From: Veleropilina oligotropha
Taxonomy: Eukaryota
Assembly (NCBI GenBank): GCA_048128005.1
Contig: JBEUKZ010000065.1
Location: 62,001 to 126,000 of the forward strand
Direction: 5' to 3'
DNA length: 64,000 bases
The notes beneath the pieces are model-generated. The model was not told the DNA's origin, did not search any database, and worked only from the letters and a program-made list of their open reading frames with translations. The stretch's first letter is position 1. Every line of letters begins with the position of its first letter. The position numbers and the translations under genes are program-made. Below, in pieces: positions 39,501-50,500 of the stretch.

Positions 39501-42500
39501 ACATCTTTTCCATAAAGACATTGAAAAATATCACATTCTGAAAATATTAGGTCAATGTGCCATGGTTGTAACCACTAGCTGACCTACAAATCACAATGCA
39601 AAGCTAGGAATGATTGCTTATATTGTTATGGTGAGATTAATTTCATTAATGACAATAGAAAAGAAAACATGGAGTAATGGCCTTCCCCACTGTACGATAT
39701 TGTCATACATGCTGACAATGTCATCTATAACAAAGCGACACCGCTGTCCTGCTATATTCAGTTTCTGTGTAGTGTAATTATTTTGACACAGAATTGACCA
39801 ATGACAATATAGTCCAGTCAATCTGCTGATATACCCACCACAAATTCCGATATTAACGAAATATGATTTTTTCGTGTTCAATTATGCCACATATTAACAT
39901 ATTTAAAATCTACCAAAATCCAATTAGTGGAACAACTTTAAATTTACTCTTGATTGATTACGTATTGCTGCATATAATTATGCCAGCAGACTATGATTTT
40001 GGGGGTATAGGCCGGTAGTCATAGTTCAAAAGGTTTCGCTCCTGCATCCGTGGCACTACAATTTCTATGCACATTTTGATAAATAATGATCCCCTGACTT
40101 ACAGTAAAAAGTTTTCAATGAAATATCTTGCAGTGTTTTACTACTATCCATCTAATGGTACCTATATGACCAAAAATATGACATTTTGGGGTATGGGACC
40201 ATGTTTCAAAAGTTGTAATATTAAAACCGCTCAGCTGTTGATGCTTATACTTCTGGATATTCTTCATAAATATAATATCAAACTATATCTAAACAGATGT
40301 AGATGTCAATTATATATTTATTTCGTAAATATAACTGAAGGTTCATTATTTATTCAATTTAAATGTGACAATTTTGGGGTATGGGTGCATGTTTCAGCGG
40401 TTGGAATATGAACACCGCTGATACTTCTGGATACGCTACATAAATATAATATCTAATTATATCTAAGTAGTTTCAGGTGTCAATTAAATATTTATTTCGT
40501 AAGCATAACTGAAAGTTCATGTTTATTCAATAAAAATGTGACATCTTGGGGTATGGGAGCATGTTCCAACAGTCGTAATATTCAATCTTCTCACCTGTTG
40601 ATGCTTATATTTCTGGACACACTTCACAAATATAATATCTACCTATATCTAAACAGTTGCCGGTGTCGTGTAAATATTCATGTCATTAACATAACTGAAA
40701 GTTCATGTTTATTCATTTAAAATGTGACATTTTGGGGTATGTTCCAACAATTGTAATATTAAAACCGCTAAGCTGTCGATGCTTATACTTCTGGATATTC
40801 TTCATAAATATAATGTCAAACTATGTCTCAACAGGTGCAGGTGTCAATTAAATATTTATGTCGTAAACATAACTGAAAGTTCATGATTTATTCAATTAAT
40901 ATGTGACATTTTGGGATATTGGGGTATGTTCCAACAGTTGTAATATTAAAACTGCTATGCTGTTGATGCTTATACTTCTGGATATATTTCATAAATAGAA
41001 TATCAAACTATATCTAAAAAGTTGCAGGTGTCAATTGAATATTTATTTCGTAAACATAACTGAAAGATCATCATTAATATCATTATTCCATTACAATGTG
41101 TCATCTTGGGGTATTGGGGCATGTTCCAGCAGTTATAATATTCAATCTGCTCGCCTGTTGATGCTTATATTTTCTGGATACACTTCATAAATTTAATATC
41201 TAACTATTACTAAACTGTTGCAGATGCAGATGTCATGCTGTCGTACACATAACCGAAACATCATGATTTACGTATTCGAAAAAATGGACAATAGTGGTTA
41301 TAATGCCGGACTATGATGATCACTATTTGAGCTCGATTCCCGGATGTGTCGATAATCTGTCATGAGTATACCTCGTCTCATTTGCACACGGTATCCATTT
41401 ATTGGATGGAGACATTAAACCGGGGCTAACACTACAGACACGACCGAAAAAGTATTAAAATATTGTCGTAAAACTAAACTGATTACAATCAAAGTATGTG
41501 TAAAACATTTTTGCTAAAATGTAATCATAGGGTAAAAACGACACGGTTGCGCAACGTCGGCAAAGTGCTACTTTTGATTTGTAACGGATAGCCTGGCAGT
41601 TAGCCCCACTTATAAAGATGGTTCCCACCTAAATATGATAATTTCTCTGATCACTTGATTACAAACAGTACTGTTTAAGAACATTTTTAAAACAAATGAA
41701 TAAGTATTTATTTACTTTATATAATCACAGTAAACTGTTATATTTTTTTAGCTGAACCATAATCCATTTTACATGGTTTGGCAACGATTTTCAGCAATAT
41801 TGTGGAAAAAGATATGAACGTTATGCATGTCTGATGTACTTAGCATATCATAAACTCACTTATACTGAGTAAACCTAAAACCACAACACGGTTGCGTAAG
41901 GTGGGCACAAATGTTATTCTCTATTTTGATCTAGAACGGCTAGCTAGATTGCCAGCATCACTTGCGGTTGTGCCCACCTAAACATACACAGGAGTTATGC
42001 ATTATTCAGTGATCCATATATAGGTTTATAGAATAAAGATTATATAAATCCACTTTCTTGAATTGTGCTTGTATTCCTTGGAAAAAATGAAACTGTTCCA
42101 CTTTTCTGATTTTGGTTGATTTTTAGTATGTTAATCTAGACAAAATTTGCTAAAAAATGATGCCACTGTCATTAATATCAGTATGTGTGGTGGGTTTGGC
42201 CCATTTTTGCCTTAGATTGACTGGACTACTTGGGCATTTCGGACTTATTGATTCAATTTATATCTTCAGTTACCACTCAAAATGGATATCATTAGATAAA
42301 TGAGTGGCATAAATAGAACATTAATCCTTAATATTAAATAGTGAATATCAAATCAAATGTGTATAGGACACTAACCATAAAATTATTAGATAAGATATTA
42401 CCGGTATATTTTTAATATCATAAACTAGAAGAAATTTGCTAAAATGATACCACTATCATTACAATCGGAATTTGTGGTGGGTTTGGCCCATTTTTGCTTT

Positions 42501-43657
42501 AGAGTGACTGGACTAATACACGAAATGCTGACCGTACAGTTTCTGTATCAAATATAAATTCATGAAGTGCATCATAAGAAACACATGTCCCGAGAAACAA
42601 GATGGCCGTCCAGCTGTTGGATGCATGTCTCGTACTCCCAAGATGGGTGGAGAAACGATAATATTTGTTCTGGCAAAAACGGTTCAAAGAATCTGTAAGA
42701 GGCAACACAAAGGCCTGGGTTGATTAGTGCCATGTTGGTTGCAACTGTTGCAAAATGTGTTTGGGTCGACTCAAGGGGTATATCTGGCATGAAAGCTCCC
42801 AGCATGGTGGTAAACCATGATACATATCTCAGAAGCTGAGCAGGATTTGTTTTCATCAAATACATTTATAATATATTAGTCCTTAGACCTAATCAAGACA
42901 ATAGTTACTTCACAGGTAACCCATTACAGTATAAGCAATATTTTCAGTGGGATAAGGGTTAAAATACATGATTCGCTTTAAAATTCAGATGATCATGATG
43001 ACCTAATTTTATGCAGAGCTCTCTAGAAATGAAAGACAGGAAGGTTTGAGACCTGACATTGCTATGATTGTACCACATATATCTGTTATTTGTACACCTG
43101 TTCACAAATTGGCATGTCGACCAACAATACTATGGCAACAATATAGGTTGCTATATTAGTCACAAAGGAAACTGTTCCAAATACGCTTGAAATTCCAGTT
43201 TTTTAAATAAATATATCTGTGACTGTGGTTTCAGCATAGACACAATTATTAGTCCCAAGATTTTCTATCATGATAAAATGGACATGATTTTGCTGGCTAT
43301 GGTAATACCAGGCCAACTATAACTTTGCATAAAATCCCTTTTCCTTTGTTTTTGATGCAATTTTCTTAAAGTTACCTGCTCTCGTTAGCTTGGCGGGACG
43401 ACTGATGAGTGACCCCGTGGGGGTGCTGGCCACACAGTGGTACGTCCCCTCGTCCCACGGATGCCCGCGGACCTTGCGTACGACCAGTCCTTCGTCCGTG
43501 ACCCTCATGCGATTCTGGGGACTCTGGTCTACATACTGATCGTCGTGCATCCACCGTATCACAGCACTCGAGGGCGCCACCATACAGCTCAACGTCACGG
43601 ACGCCTGGTGAAACACGACCAGCGATTCTGGCTCCTTCAGGAAGGACAGCGAGACAC
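12402..43657 (-). CDS. ihog/CDON: Hedgehog co-receptor, Ihog/Boi/CDON/BOC family (5 Ig + 2 FN3 + TM + cytoplasmic tail); 17 exons, 5'-partial
   Basis: Spliced model join(43657-43376,39473-39330,27902-27753,25332-25171,24731-24621,24273-24124,23383-23225,22255-21974,20546-20439,19942-19709,18686-18496,18048-17829,17288-17028,15731-15517,15085-14986,14534-14268,12523-12402) = 3158 nt, open throughout, GT-AG introns. FN3-1 (VPPSSPQISKLSDTSVKVTWSLRDNDGMSVKFFRVQYK...YRFRIAAVYMDNDNLIGPNS) closely matches the Ihog/CDON FN3 pattern. Confidence 0.88.
12784..13420. mobile_element. HINE-like element, family C
   Basis: Same start as 6768; ends with the hairpin ccgaaatgttaaatttcgg + ggatacaat. Confidence 0.7.
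13497..13880. mobile_element. Unclassified non-autonomous element (internal IR plus terminal palindrome)
   Basis: ttatcttgattt...aaatcaagataa inverted pair followed by an imperfect palindrome; similar layout at 52270-52690. Confidence 0.5.
14130..14226 (+). mobile_element. SINE 3' fragment, opposite orientation
   Basis: tttcctcctgcgataatatggacacg is the reverse complement of the core of the 5966 family. Confidence 0.5.
14268..14534 (-). CDS. ihog/CDON: Ihog/CDON exon: cytoplasmic tail 3
   Basis: 267 nt, phase 1-1; ...RPPPEYRDL...RQKKRRRK...KDQATNTDLSSN; G|GTGAGT donor. Confidence 0.8.
14986..15085 (-). CDS. ihog/CDON: Ihog/CDON exon: cytoplasmic tail 2
   Basis: 100 nt, phase 0-1, which bridges the phases of the neighbouring exons; RSIDGHSNTGGSNHTGSSDTNCNSIHHSNNPHG; G|GTGAGA donor. 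Confidence 0.72.
15517..15731 (-). CDS. ihog/CDON: Ihog/CDON exon: cytoplasmic tail 1
   Basis: 215 nt, phase 1-0; GLNEDQRSKFQDSSQRIYSDNMRKKYSNG...INVNPM...; AAG|GTAAGG donor. Confidence 0.8.
16195..16905. repeat. Pyrimidine-rich minisatellite, CTACCTTATCCACCATCCTTCC(CT)n, about 30-36 bp
   Basis: About 22 units with variable CT length, in the intron after the TM exon. Confidence 0.95.
17028..17288 (-). CDS. ihog/CDON: Ihog/CDON exon: stalk and transmembrane helix
   Basis: 261 nt; MLYMILGGVLGLMMLLLIIFMVMCWW followed by the basic stop-transfer segment KQRQQRR. Confidence 0.92.
17829..18048 (-). CDS. ihog/CDON: Ihog/CDON exon: FN3 domain 2
   Basis: 220 nt, phase 0-1; ...PIEGFFLYFKP...LESDTEYSIKMEAFNSAGSSHSSNIVVERT. 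Confidence 0.92.
18496..18686 (-). CDS. ihog/CDON: Ihog/CDON exon: FN3-1 end and FN3-2 start
   Basis: 191 nt, phase 1-0; GATYRFRIAAVYMDNDNLIGPNSDRF...AIAIKWR. Confidence 0.92.
18856..19501. mobile_element. Foldback MITE with ~270-bp inverted arms
   Basis: 18856-19125 is the near-perfect reverse complement of 19232-19501; termini ggggcagtttcac / gtgaaacggcccc. Confidence 0.85.
19709..19942 (-). CDS. ihog/CDON: Ihog/CDON exon: FN3 domain 1, N-part
   Basis: 234 nt; VPPSSPQISKLSDTSVKVTW...RKHEVSGLNA. Confidence 0.92.
20439..20546 (-). CDS. ihog/CDON: Ihog/CDON exon: lysine-rich linker
   Basis: 108 nt, phase 1-1, CAG acceptor, AAG|GTTTGT donor; DGSSKPKGTGSNPKGSRGKQKKPKKKHNGNKKKKKK. Confidence 0.75.
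20792..20985 (-). mobile_element. Diverged SINE copy
   Basis: atgcttaatgtccc...acatgtcc...gggagaaaaccctgg...gaacccact matches the 5966/8012 family. Confidence 0.55.
20987..21781. repeat. 19-bp minisatellite GGACTACAGAGACCACG(G/T)T, about 40 copies
   Basis: Directly visible tandem array. Confidence 0.95.
21974..22255 (-). CDS. ihog/CDON: Ihog/CDON exon: Ig domain 5 (single exon)
   Basis: 282 nt, phase 1-1; DLRITQGP...ITLLC...ILWLK...NGSLRIRSLMMDDGGKYSCVA; donor AAG|GTGTGT. Confidence 0.82.
23225..23383 (-). CDS. ihog/CDON: Ihog/CDON exon: Ig domain 4, C-half, plus Gly-rich hinge
   Basis: 159 nt; DVLTIKSAHIDHSGLYQCMVKNQVGASYAVAHLDVIGKGGVPPGGGGGVGGPA. Confidence 0.9.
23757..23933. repeat. 29-bp minisatellite, 6 copies
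   Basis: ggcacagtattcaatgcactctctacgat in tandem. Confidence 0.95.
24124..24273 (-). CDS. ihog/CDON: Ihog/CDON exon: Ig domain 4, N-half
   Basis: 150 nt; ELPTAKIRKPNTVIASGNEVTLECDVYGTKSIQWYHNARPV...; phase 1-1. Confidence 0.88.
24621..24731 (-). CDS. ihog/CDON: Ihog/CDON exon: Ig domain 3, C-half
   Basis: 111 nt, absent from the ORF track; GNLIIRNIGVRDQGTYLCQAENGIGSPARKQILVDLR; CAG acceptor, GTAAGC donor. Confidence 0.9.
24911..25196. repeat. 40-bp minisatellite, 7 copies, spanning an exon 3' end and splice donor
   Basis: Minus-strand unit GGATGACCGAGAGGTGGTGGCCG|GTAAGTGTGGACTGTCC. Confidence 0.95.
25171..25332 (-). CDS. ihog/CDON: Ihog/CDON exon: Ig domain 3, N-half
   Basis: 162 nt, phase 1-1; ...TVGQEITLECLVSGFPIPKITWTKYGGQLPDDREVVA; donor GCCG|GTAAGT. 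Confidence 0.9.
27503..27615. repeat. 53-bp direct tandem duplication
   Basis: tttaactgttaatatggttagataaatcgaaggtgaagacaatagcattatgc occurs twice. Confidence 0.9.
27753..27902 (-). CDS. ihog/CDON: Ihog/CDON exon: Ig domain 2, C-half
   Basis: 150 nt, phase 1-1; RHKILPSGNLLINGVRLKDAGSYRCVAIN...VIHVQV. Confidence 0.9.
28133..28579 (+). mobile_element. 5'-truncated Penelope-like retroelement (GIY-YIG endonuclease C-terminus) with inverted terminal repeats
   Basis: ORF segment TAVGDHCNATGHSVSIDNTKVLAREENWLKRKIRESIHI...MNRDQG fits the PLE endonuclease pattern; 28133-28247 is the inverse of 28466-28579. Confidence 0.8.
28900..29635. mobile_element. HINE-like element (aaggtcaaaggtca cores)
   Basis: Duplicated ~170-bp core, (CCGC)n microsatellite at 29550-29587, terminal hairpin aaccccagctt...aagctggggtt. 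Confidence 0.65.
29694..30085. repeat. 64-bp minisatellite, about 6 copies
   Basis: gttccctcgttgggactgttccgtctcctagtggagtatgttctccttccac... at 64-bp spacing. Confidence 0.9.
30518..31847. mobile_element. Kolobok-type non-autonomous TIR element (TTAA TSD) carrying a nested HINE
   Basis: TTAA|AGAGACTATTGC ... GCAATAGTCTCT|TTAA. Confidence 0.7.
30645..31560. mobile_element. HINE-like element, family A (gggcaataactctg / aaaggcaccagtt cores)
   Basis: Starts aacaagaagacaaagccatcaatatccc; ~150-bp tandem cores; further copies at 32620 and 46611. Confidence 0.75.
32620..33966. mobile_element. Composite HINE: family A with a family B segment (33337-33920)
   Basis: Family A start and cores, then aactagagctatcacaggagtgatc (as at 61550), then the family A end gtctgcattttaatatc plus hairpin. 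Confidence 0.7.
35025..36950. mobile_element. Family C HINE-like cores interrupted by a family D element (about 35411-36715)
   Basis: Family C cores on both sides; the insert starts aactagatatgtcagtgacac, has aatccatgaaggcatt cores and ends in a (GGAC)n-like microsatellite. Confidence 0.65.
37168..37810. repeat. Minisatellite of 39-45-bp units (ctctggatccagattt...cccacccagatccctcagac)
   Basis: Directly visible; explains the Pro- and Gly-rich ORFs here. Confidence 0.9.
37941..38220. repeat. 28-bp minisatellite, about 10 copies
   Basis: aaatacaatgttagagctaacca(c/a)ccac in tandem. Confidence 0.95.
39330..39473 (-). CDS. ihog/CDON: Ihog/CDON exon: Ig domain 2, N-half
   Basis: 144 nt, phase 1-1, GTAAGT donor; IHKFPEK...AGSIAVLPCQPPKSVPVATVYYEYNG. 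Confidence 0.9.
40170..41270. repeat. Diverged ~180-bp tandem array, about 6 units (probably a transposon core)
   Basis: aatgtgacattttggggtatgg...gatgcttatacttctgga recurs near 40177, 40362, 40535, 40720, 40899 and 41094. Confidence 0.8.
43376..43657 (-). CDS. ihog/CDON: Ihog/CDON exon: Ig domain 1
   Basis: TAG|GT acceptor, GCAG|GTAAC donor, 282 nt, phase 1-1; VSLSFLKEPESLVV...VTLSC...IRW...DEGTYHCVAS...ISRPAKLTRA. Confidence 0.9.
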
Positions 43658-45312
43658 CTAAAAAGAAAAAGAAATATAACGATGAAACAATACCTTGAAA
43701 AGGTTTTCAAACAATCATGTAGCAATTTCCTCTAGTATTAGTAGTAATGAGTGATCTAGAAAATATAGCTCTGGAAAAATGATGGCATAGTTGGGAAGAT
43801 ATCTTGAATTCCAAAACAGACATCCAACAATTGACCTGACCAGACCATCGGACTTAATCCTGATCGCAGGTTTCAACACATACATTTAACAAGCACTGTA
43901 AGTAGTTAGTTGGCCATTACCGAGGTACGGGGGTACCCCCCACCTCGCTTTAGCCGACTGCAACTTTTTGCATATTTGGGTTTCCTTCTGGGTGAAGCCA
44001 GCCGGCTATCAACCATGCCAGTTCATAAGCGATGGACGTGTAGTTTCTAAAAAAATAAAACGTTTTTAAACAAAATAAAGCATCCCTATATGACCCTAGA
44101 GGTTTACGGGGACAATAACCACAACTCAAATGATATTTAATATGAAGCTCCAAGGGAGCTATGATAACAAAATGGCTCTTCAATTCAGACTAGCTGAGTA
44201 GCATTGAAATAAGATCCTAAATAAAACAACTATAAATAGCCAAAACAACTTCACAGCATATGTTTTAAATTTAGTAATATGTTACTCATTTTATTTATTG
44301 CTTTCTTTCACTTCAGATCTGGTGATTACTGTATTTACAGATATATACATATCTTATAATAATCTACTGCACGGAGCATTGAAGCATTATAATCATATTT
44401 CGCCTTCTCTCGATCTCCGCAGAATGTTCTTTGACAAATCTCATTGGTCCGTAATACATTGAATGTTTAGTGTCAAGTTATCGCATCACACGATTATAAA
44501 ATAAACACAAAAGAAAAAGAAAAAAGTAAATTAACACTTTATAACACCATGAAATAGCTGAATTCGTACAATAAGATTTTATAATTGAACAAAAATATCA
44601 ACTGGGCATTACATATATGTCACATATTTATTTTGCCATGAAAATTGTTTGTCTAGCCTTTGACCTTATCCGATTTGATAAATTTCTTACGCACCTGTAT
44701 ACAACATTAAGAATGAAATTTAATCAAGTTGGCCTTCCAAAGAACACCACAAATATGTAACAATGCAACTGTCAATGCATCACATGACTATCGCAGCAAA
44801 CGGCTGGCATTTGAATGAAAAATTGTCGTCGCATGGAAAGTAAGTATTTGCTTTTGCAAGAAGCACATGAGATTACTCATTATGGCTTCATGAAGTCGCT
44901 TATGGCGACGTCAAGTGCAAACTTGGTGTAAAATATGACAGGTGATAGCAAAGCCAACCCTGTTAGTGCAATGACAACAAATGATGCACTAAAAGATCAG
45001 GACAGCCTAAGGAGATTTTGTTAACAAACGCTAGGTAACATTACGTAACTCTGTCTCGATTATAAAGCACTGCATCACTAAAGTTAAAACACTACCAACA
45101 TGAGAAGCAAATTGTGCTGACAGCAAGGAAGAAAACAATTTAATTAGTACATTAACTTTCCTCAAGCAAATTTCACTTCATATCTGCAAGATTTACTTTA
45201 CAACTAACAATTGGCTGTATGTATATTGCACCATTGGATAAAATAAATATAAGCAGGTTGCCATGATCCCAATGACTGGGTACAAGGCCTTATATTGAAT
45301 GTTTGTAATCTA

Positions 45313-46385
45313 ATTGTATCCCCCGAAACGAAAGCATCGGGGGGGGGGGGGGGATACTAGGGTTTAGCATTCGTTATGCTGCCGCGTCCGCAGAGAGATT
45401 CCTCGTGATCGCACTAGACAAGACATTTCTTAATGGAATGTTTTCAAATTTGGTATGTGCATTGGTTGGGGCAAGGACACGACACCTATAGAATTTGGGT
45501 GTGGTCCGACCTCCAAGATGGCCGCCACGCCTCCATCTTGGATTTTAAAGCATCATACCTTGTGATCGCTCTAGACAGGCCATTTCGTAACGCAATGTTT
45601 TCACATTTGGTATGTTCATTGGTTGAGGCGAGGACACGACACCTATAGAATTTGGGTGTCGTCCGACCTCCAAGATGGCCGCCACAGCATCCATCTTGGA
45701 TTTGAAAGCATCATACCTTGTGATCGCTCAAGACAGGCCATTTATTAATGCAATGTTTTCACATTTGGTATGTTCATTGGTTGGGGCGAGGACACGACAC
45801 CTATTGATTTTGGGCATGGTCCGACCTCCAAGATGGCCGCCACCGCGAACGCCGAGAGATTCTTCGGGATCGCTCTAGACAGGCCATTTCTTAACAGAAT
45901 GTTTTCAAATTTGGTATGTGAATGGGTTGGGGCGAGGGCATGACACCAATATATTTTGGGTGTGGTGCAACCTCCAAGATGGCCGCTGTAGCCCCCATCT
46001 TGGATTTTAAAGCATAATTCCTTGTAATCGCTCTAGACTTGTCAATTCCTAACGGAATGCTTTCAAATTTGGTATGTGCATTGGTTTGGGTGAGGACACT
46101 ACACTTGCAGATCTCGGGTGTGATGCGACCTCCAAGATGGCCACCACAGAGAGATTCCTCGTGATTGCTCTAGACAGGTCATTTCTTAACGGAATTTTTT
46201 CAAATTTGGTATGTGCTTTGGTTTTGGTGGGGACACACCACCTATAGATTTTGGGTGTGGTCTGGCCTCCAAGATGGCCACTGTGACCTCCATCTTGGAA
46301 TTTAAAGCATAATTCCTTGTGATCGTTCTAGACAGGTCATTACCGGGGGACACATATGAAGTCACTTGTGACTGAGCGTCTAGTT
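45313..46385. mobile_element. HINE-like element related to family C, inverted
   Basis: ttgtatcccccgaaac...tcgggg hairpin, tandem ctccaagatggcc cores, end gtcacttgtgac...ctagtt. Confidence 0.7.
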
Positions 46386-46610
46386 ACATTTACTGAAGTT
46401 ATGTATGCTGTGTGAGTTATCCACGTATCTAATTGTTTGGGGAATACAACACGTATCAATCGCAATATTCACTGTGGGATAAACTAGTGTTTACAAAAGT
46501 AGACATCAAAATTATCAAAATGTCATTACCTATTTAATTTATCAAAATATATTTCAGGATTTGACTTAGATATCAAATGGAAAGTTCACGTGATAATTGA
46601 GAAACTTAAC

Positions 46611-47513
46611 AACAAGAAGACAAAGCCATCAATATCCCCCGCAATGGTACATTCACAATTACTATATGATGTATGTTCTTGAAACTACAATGGGATAAGC
46701 GCAATATCATTGATTTAAATAATAACAAGGGCAATAACTCTGTCATTAATCATCACACAATGTCAAAATTATGAAAAGGCACTGGTCAGTTAACCAACTA
46801 CTGAATACACCCACCAAGTTTCGTAATGATAAGTGAAGCACTTTATGAGATATAATCAGGAATAACAAAATGAATGCAAGGGCAATAACTCTGTTAATAC
46901 ATGCCGTAAATGTCGAAATTATCAAAAGGCACCAGATCGCCGACTGCTTAATACACCCACAAAATTGCATAAAGTTATGCCGAGCGTTTATGGGATACGC
47001 TTCGGAAAGGAAACATTAACAAATTTACATCAAGGGCAATAACTCTATTAATAATCGCTGCACAACCCCGAAACTAGCAAAAGGCACCAGTTCAACAACT
47101 ACTTAACACACCCAGTAAGTTTCGTAAAGTTATGTTGAGCGGTGTATGAGATACACTCCGGAAAGATACCATCTAAACGAATTTACAACAAGGGCAATAA
47201 CTCTGTTAATGATCGCTGCACAACGTCAAACCTAGCAAAAGGCACCAGTTCACAGACTACTTAATACATCCAGCAAGTTTCGTAAAGTTATGTCAAGCGG
47301 TGTATGAGCTACGCTCTGGAAAAGATGACATTAACGAATTTAAAACAAGGGCGATAACTCTGTCAATAATAGTGACACAACGTCGAAACTAGCAAAAGGC
47401 ACCAGTTCACAGATTACTTAATACACCCAGCAAGTTACGTAAAGTTATGTTGAGCGGTGTATGAGATATGCTCCGGAAAAGATAATTTGCACGGACGGTC
47501 TACATTGTAATAT
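46611..47513. mobile_element. HINE-like element, family A
   Basis: Same start and cores as 30645. Confidence 0.75.
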
Positions 47514-50500
47514 CAAAATACTTTCCCAATAAAAGTAAAAATTCAATACCTTAATATGGCTAATATGTTCGAGCATTAATTTAAAAATTCTGACTCGTAC
47601 TCTTCGAAATGCAATTATAAAAAAATAACAAAAATCAATGTCCTCAAGTTTCCGATTGAAGAAAAAGTGTCAGTCTTCTTATGGATATCACAGTCAGACA
47701 GTCGAAAGGGAAACTGGTCTTGTGCATAATTCCATAGATTGATCGAGCAACCAGAATTCAATGGCAGATGTCAGTAATTACGAATTGTCAGATGACAATA
47801 ACGTGCAACGTCCACAACACTTTGAGTGACAAATCTTTGTCCGATTGGCCATTAAAGATAATGACAGTCTATCACTGACGAGGATCTGCACGTCACATTG
47901 GGGCCCGACATTTGCCGCACTCTGTATCGCCTCCATTGTTCTGGCCACTCTCACCAGGTGGCGCCGCTAACTCTATGATCAACAACGATTTTGTAGCCAA
48001 ATTATAGACTACTCGCACAGTGATCAAGTTCTCTTTTAACTGCATGCCTTTCAAACCTCAGGAAAGCTATTTTCAATCGTTCGCGGCCCAGTGAAGCTCA
48101 AAAAGATGACCTGCCGCGCGACCTCTGGCTCTATAGCTCCGGGCGCAGATTTTGTCCAGTTTCTCAACGCCCTTTGTTCGAACTGTTTTTCGTTCAGTTC
48201 CGCCATTTCGGTGCACCAAAGCAGAAGTAATGCAGGCGTCTTGCCTTCATGAGAAAACAGTAGAGCTTCTTTTTGTTTCGCATATGATTGCATTCCGCAT
48301 GTGAAGGGTTCTCATCTCTATCGGCTAATTGAGACCCATCTCCTCTCAGAAGGAGGCTACACATGCACACACATCGGCGGAAAGGGTAATGAATCTATTG
48401 TCGGAAACAACAGGGTGCCACCAAAACCATCATGCAACATTACAATGACGGCAACTAAATTCGACGCTTTGTTTGGCAAACGGAAAAAACTTTAATATGT
48501 ACACTGAAAGGTAGAAGCATAATGGGATGGAGTCCATATGGGCCAGAAGCAAGAATAAAACACAACACTGAGGCTAATATCAATGAGACCAAAGTGACTT
48601 AAAGCACTTCAAAAGTTTGACGATCTATAAAAGTGGTCTGTAGAACTTTGCTGGTCCATAACTCTTAATTTTAGAACAATGAAAATGTGTAACATATTAC
48701 GAAACTTGAAACATTGATGACAGATGGACAGATCAACCGCATACAGATCTATGTCTCTTCACACACAAAATATTTAGTACATGTACAAAAATCTTCACAG
48801 TCTAGTTGCTTTAACAAAATGCTCATAACAATATTTTACTTTTTACTTTGCTATAATAACATTATCAAGCAATTCATTCTTAGCAAACTCTCTTTAACTG
48901 CAATGCAAAAAGGATTAAAATAGATGACTTCGTAAATCCAAGAGAATATAAATGCTTAATCGAAATTGATCGCTCGCTTCTATTTAATACACAAACTCCC
49001 ATTATCGTTAACTGCAGGTCCGCAGAGGAAAAGTTCTCTAACCTAATGAACTGGTGCCCAGAAGTGTAATTACTAAATTTGTATTCGATTAAAATGACAA
49101 ATGATGAATTAGTGCGGTTACTGATTACTACATTTGTTATAAATGTTTTCCAAATGTTCATCGGCACCAGGCTAATATCATAATCCGGACGCAAGTGATG
49201 GATTTCCTGCCGACCTGTCCATGGCTTAGTATCGCGCCCTCAGTCAATCGGAATGTAGATCAATGCGTGTCTTATGATTAAGTGGCCCCATATCTCCCCC
49301 AGGATCAAGGCATAATGCGGCATAAATCACCTCTGACAGAGTCCATTATCCCGGCCAGATTAATCATATTGGCAATCAATGGCAGCCCAGCGGCTACAAT
49401 ACAGGCAGATCCCCGACCTGGCGGATCCGTGAATTAAAAGTAGCCATAATGTGCTAATCATTTGACTGCTGGTTGAATAAGCAAACGAGATTATAGACTA
49501 GAACGATAAGCATTTCCAGGTCAAGTATATGATATCATTGAACAGACGTGTATCAGGTAATAAAGAGACAAAGCACAATGCTGTTATGATACACCGCTAC
49601 GAAATACAGCAAAACAAAAATGACCGCATTCAATCAAATCAACTATCAAATAGATTTTTATTTTAGCAAAAAGGTCATGATTTCATTCGATTTGCTATGT
49701 TTAACATCTAAGTTGATGTTGGCAATGTCCGTAACATTGTTGGAAGAAAGTCGGAAAGACACGAAACTAAACCTCCTTCACCAGTGATAAACTATTATTG
49801 CAAAAGATTTCGGCTTGGAATCGAATCTTGGCGATATGCGGATCAGGTGAGAGCTACACTCATATGGCCACAAAGATCGCTTTCTTACTTATTTATTACC
49901 TGACAAGTCTGATTCATATTAATGAAGTGATGGCACTGTCGAAAAGACAGTTTCTTCATAATGTCTGAAAGACAGCTTTCCTCACTATGAGGACTGCCCA
50001 GGTGAAGAATCTTGCCGAAGTCATCTCTTCACTCAACAATCGTGTCGTTTATCATCATTAGAGGGTCATAAATCTTCTCCATCATGGCTGACAGTGTTCA
50101 TTTGACAGTTCCTGATTATTAAATCTACCAAGATGAAAGCATGCAATCGGAAGCGCTCTGTTACTATAAGCACCCACAATCAATCAGCGTGCAGGTCAAC
50201 ACTCACTTTTCTGGAAGCAGTTTTGACAATCTGAGTTGACTATAGCTGATATCGCTGTCTTATGACAAAGTCAATTTTCTTGGCAATCATTGCTATAAAT
50301 CATTGTCTTGCGCTCATATATCATATGCAGTAGAAAGACCGTCATGAGTAGAGGTGACCGAGGAGGGCTGCTTCAGGGGTTCATGTGGGCGGGATAAAAT
50401 TATGACAGCTTTATGATGTCATGGGAGAGGGACATAGGTTATAGCACAATGAGGATAGCATTATGGTGAGGGGGGGGGGGGGGGGACACAATGACCATGT

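Noticed and set aside
12402..43657. Alternative identity as Robo, DCC/neogenin or Dscam
   Set aside because: Only two FN3 domains, Ihog-type FN3 signatures, no recognisable Robo CC or DCC P motifs, and no mutually exclusive exon arrays.
48051..48293. GC-richer minus-strand ORF as a possible first exon
   Set aside because: No signal-peptide character or recognisable homology.
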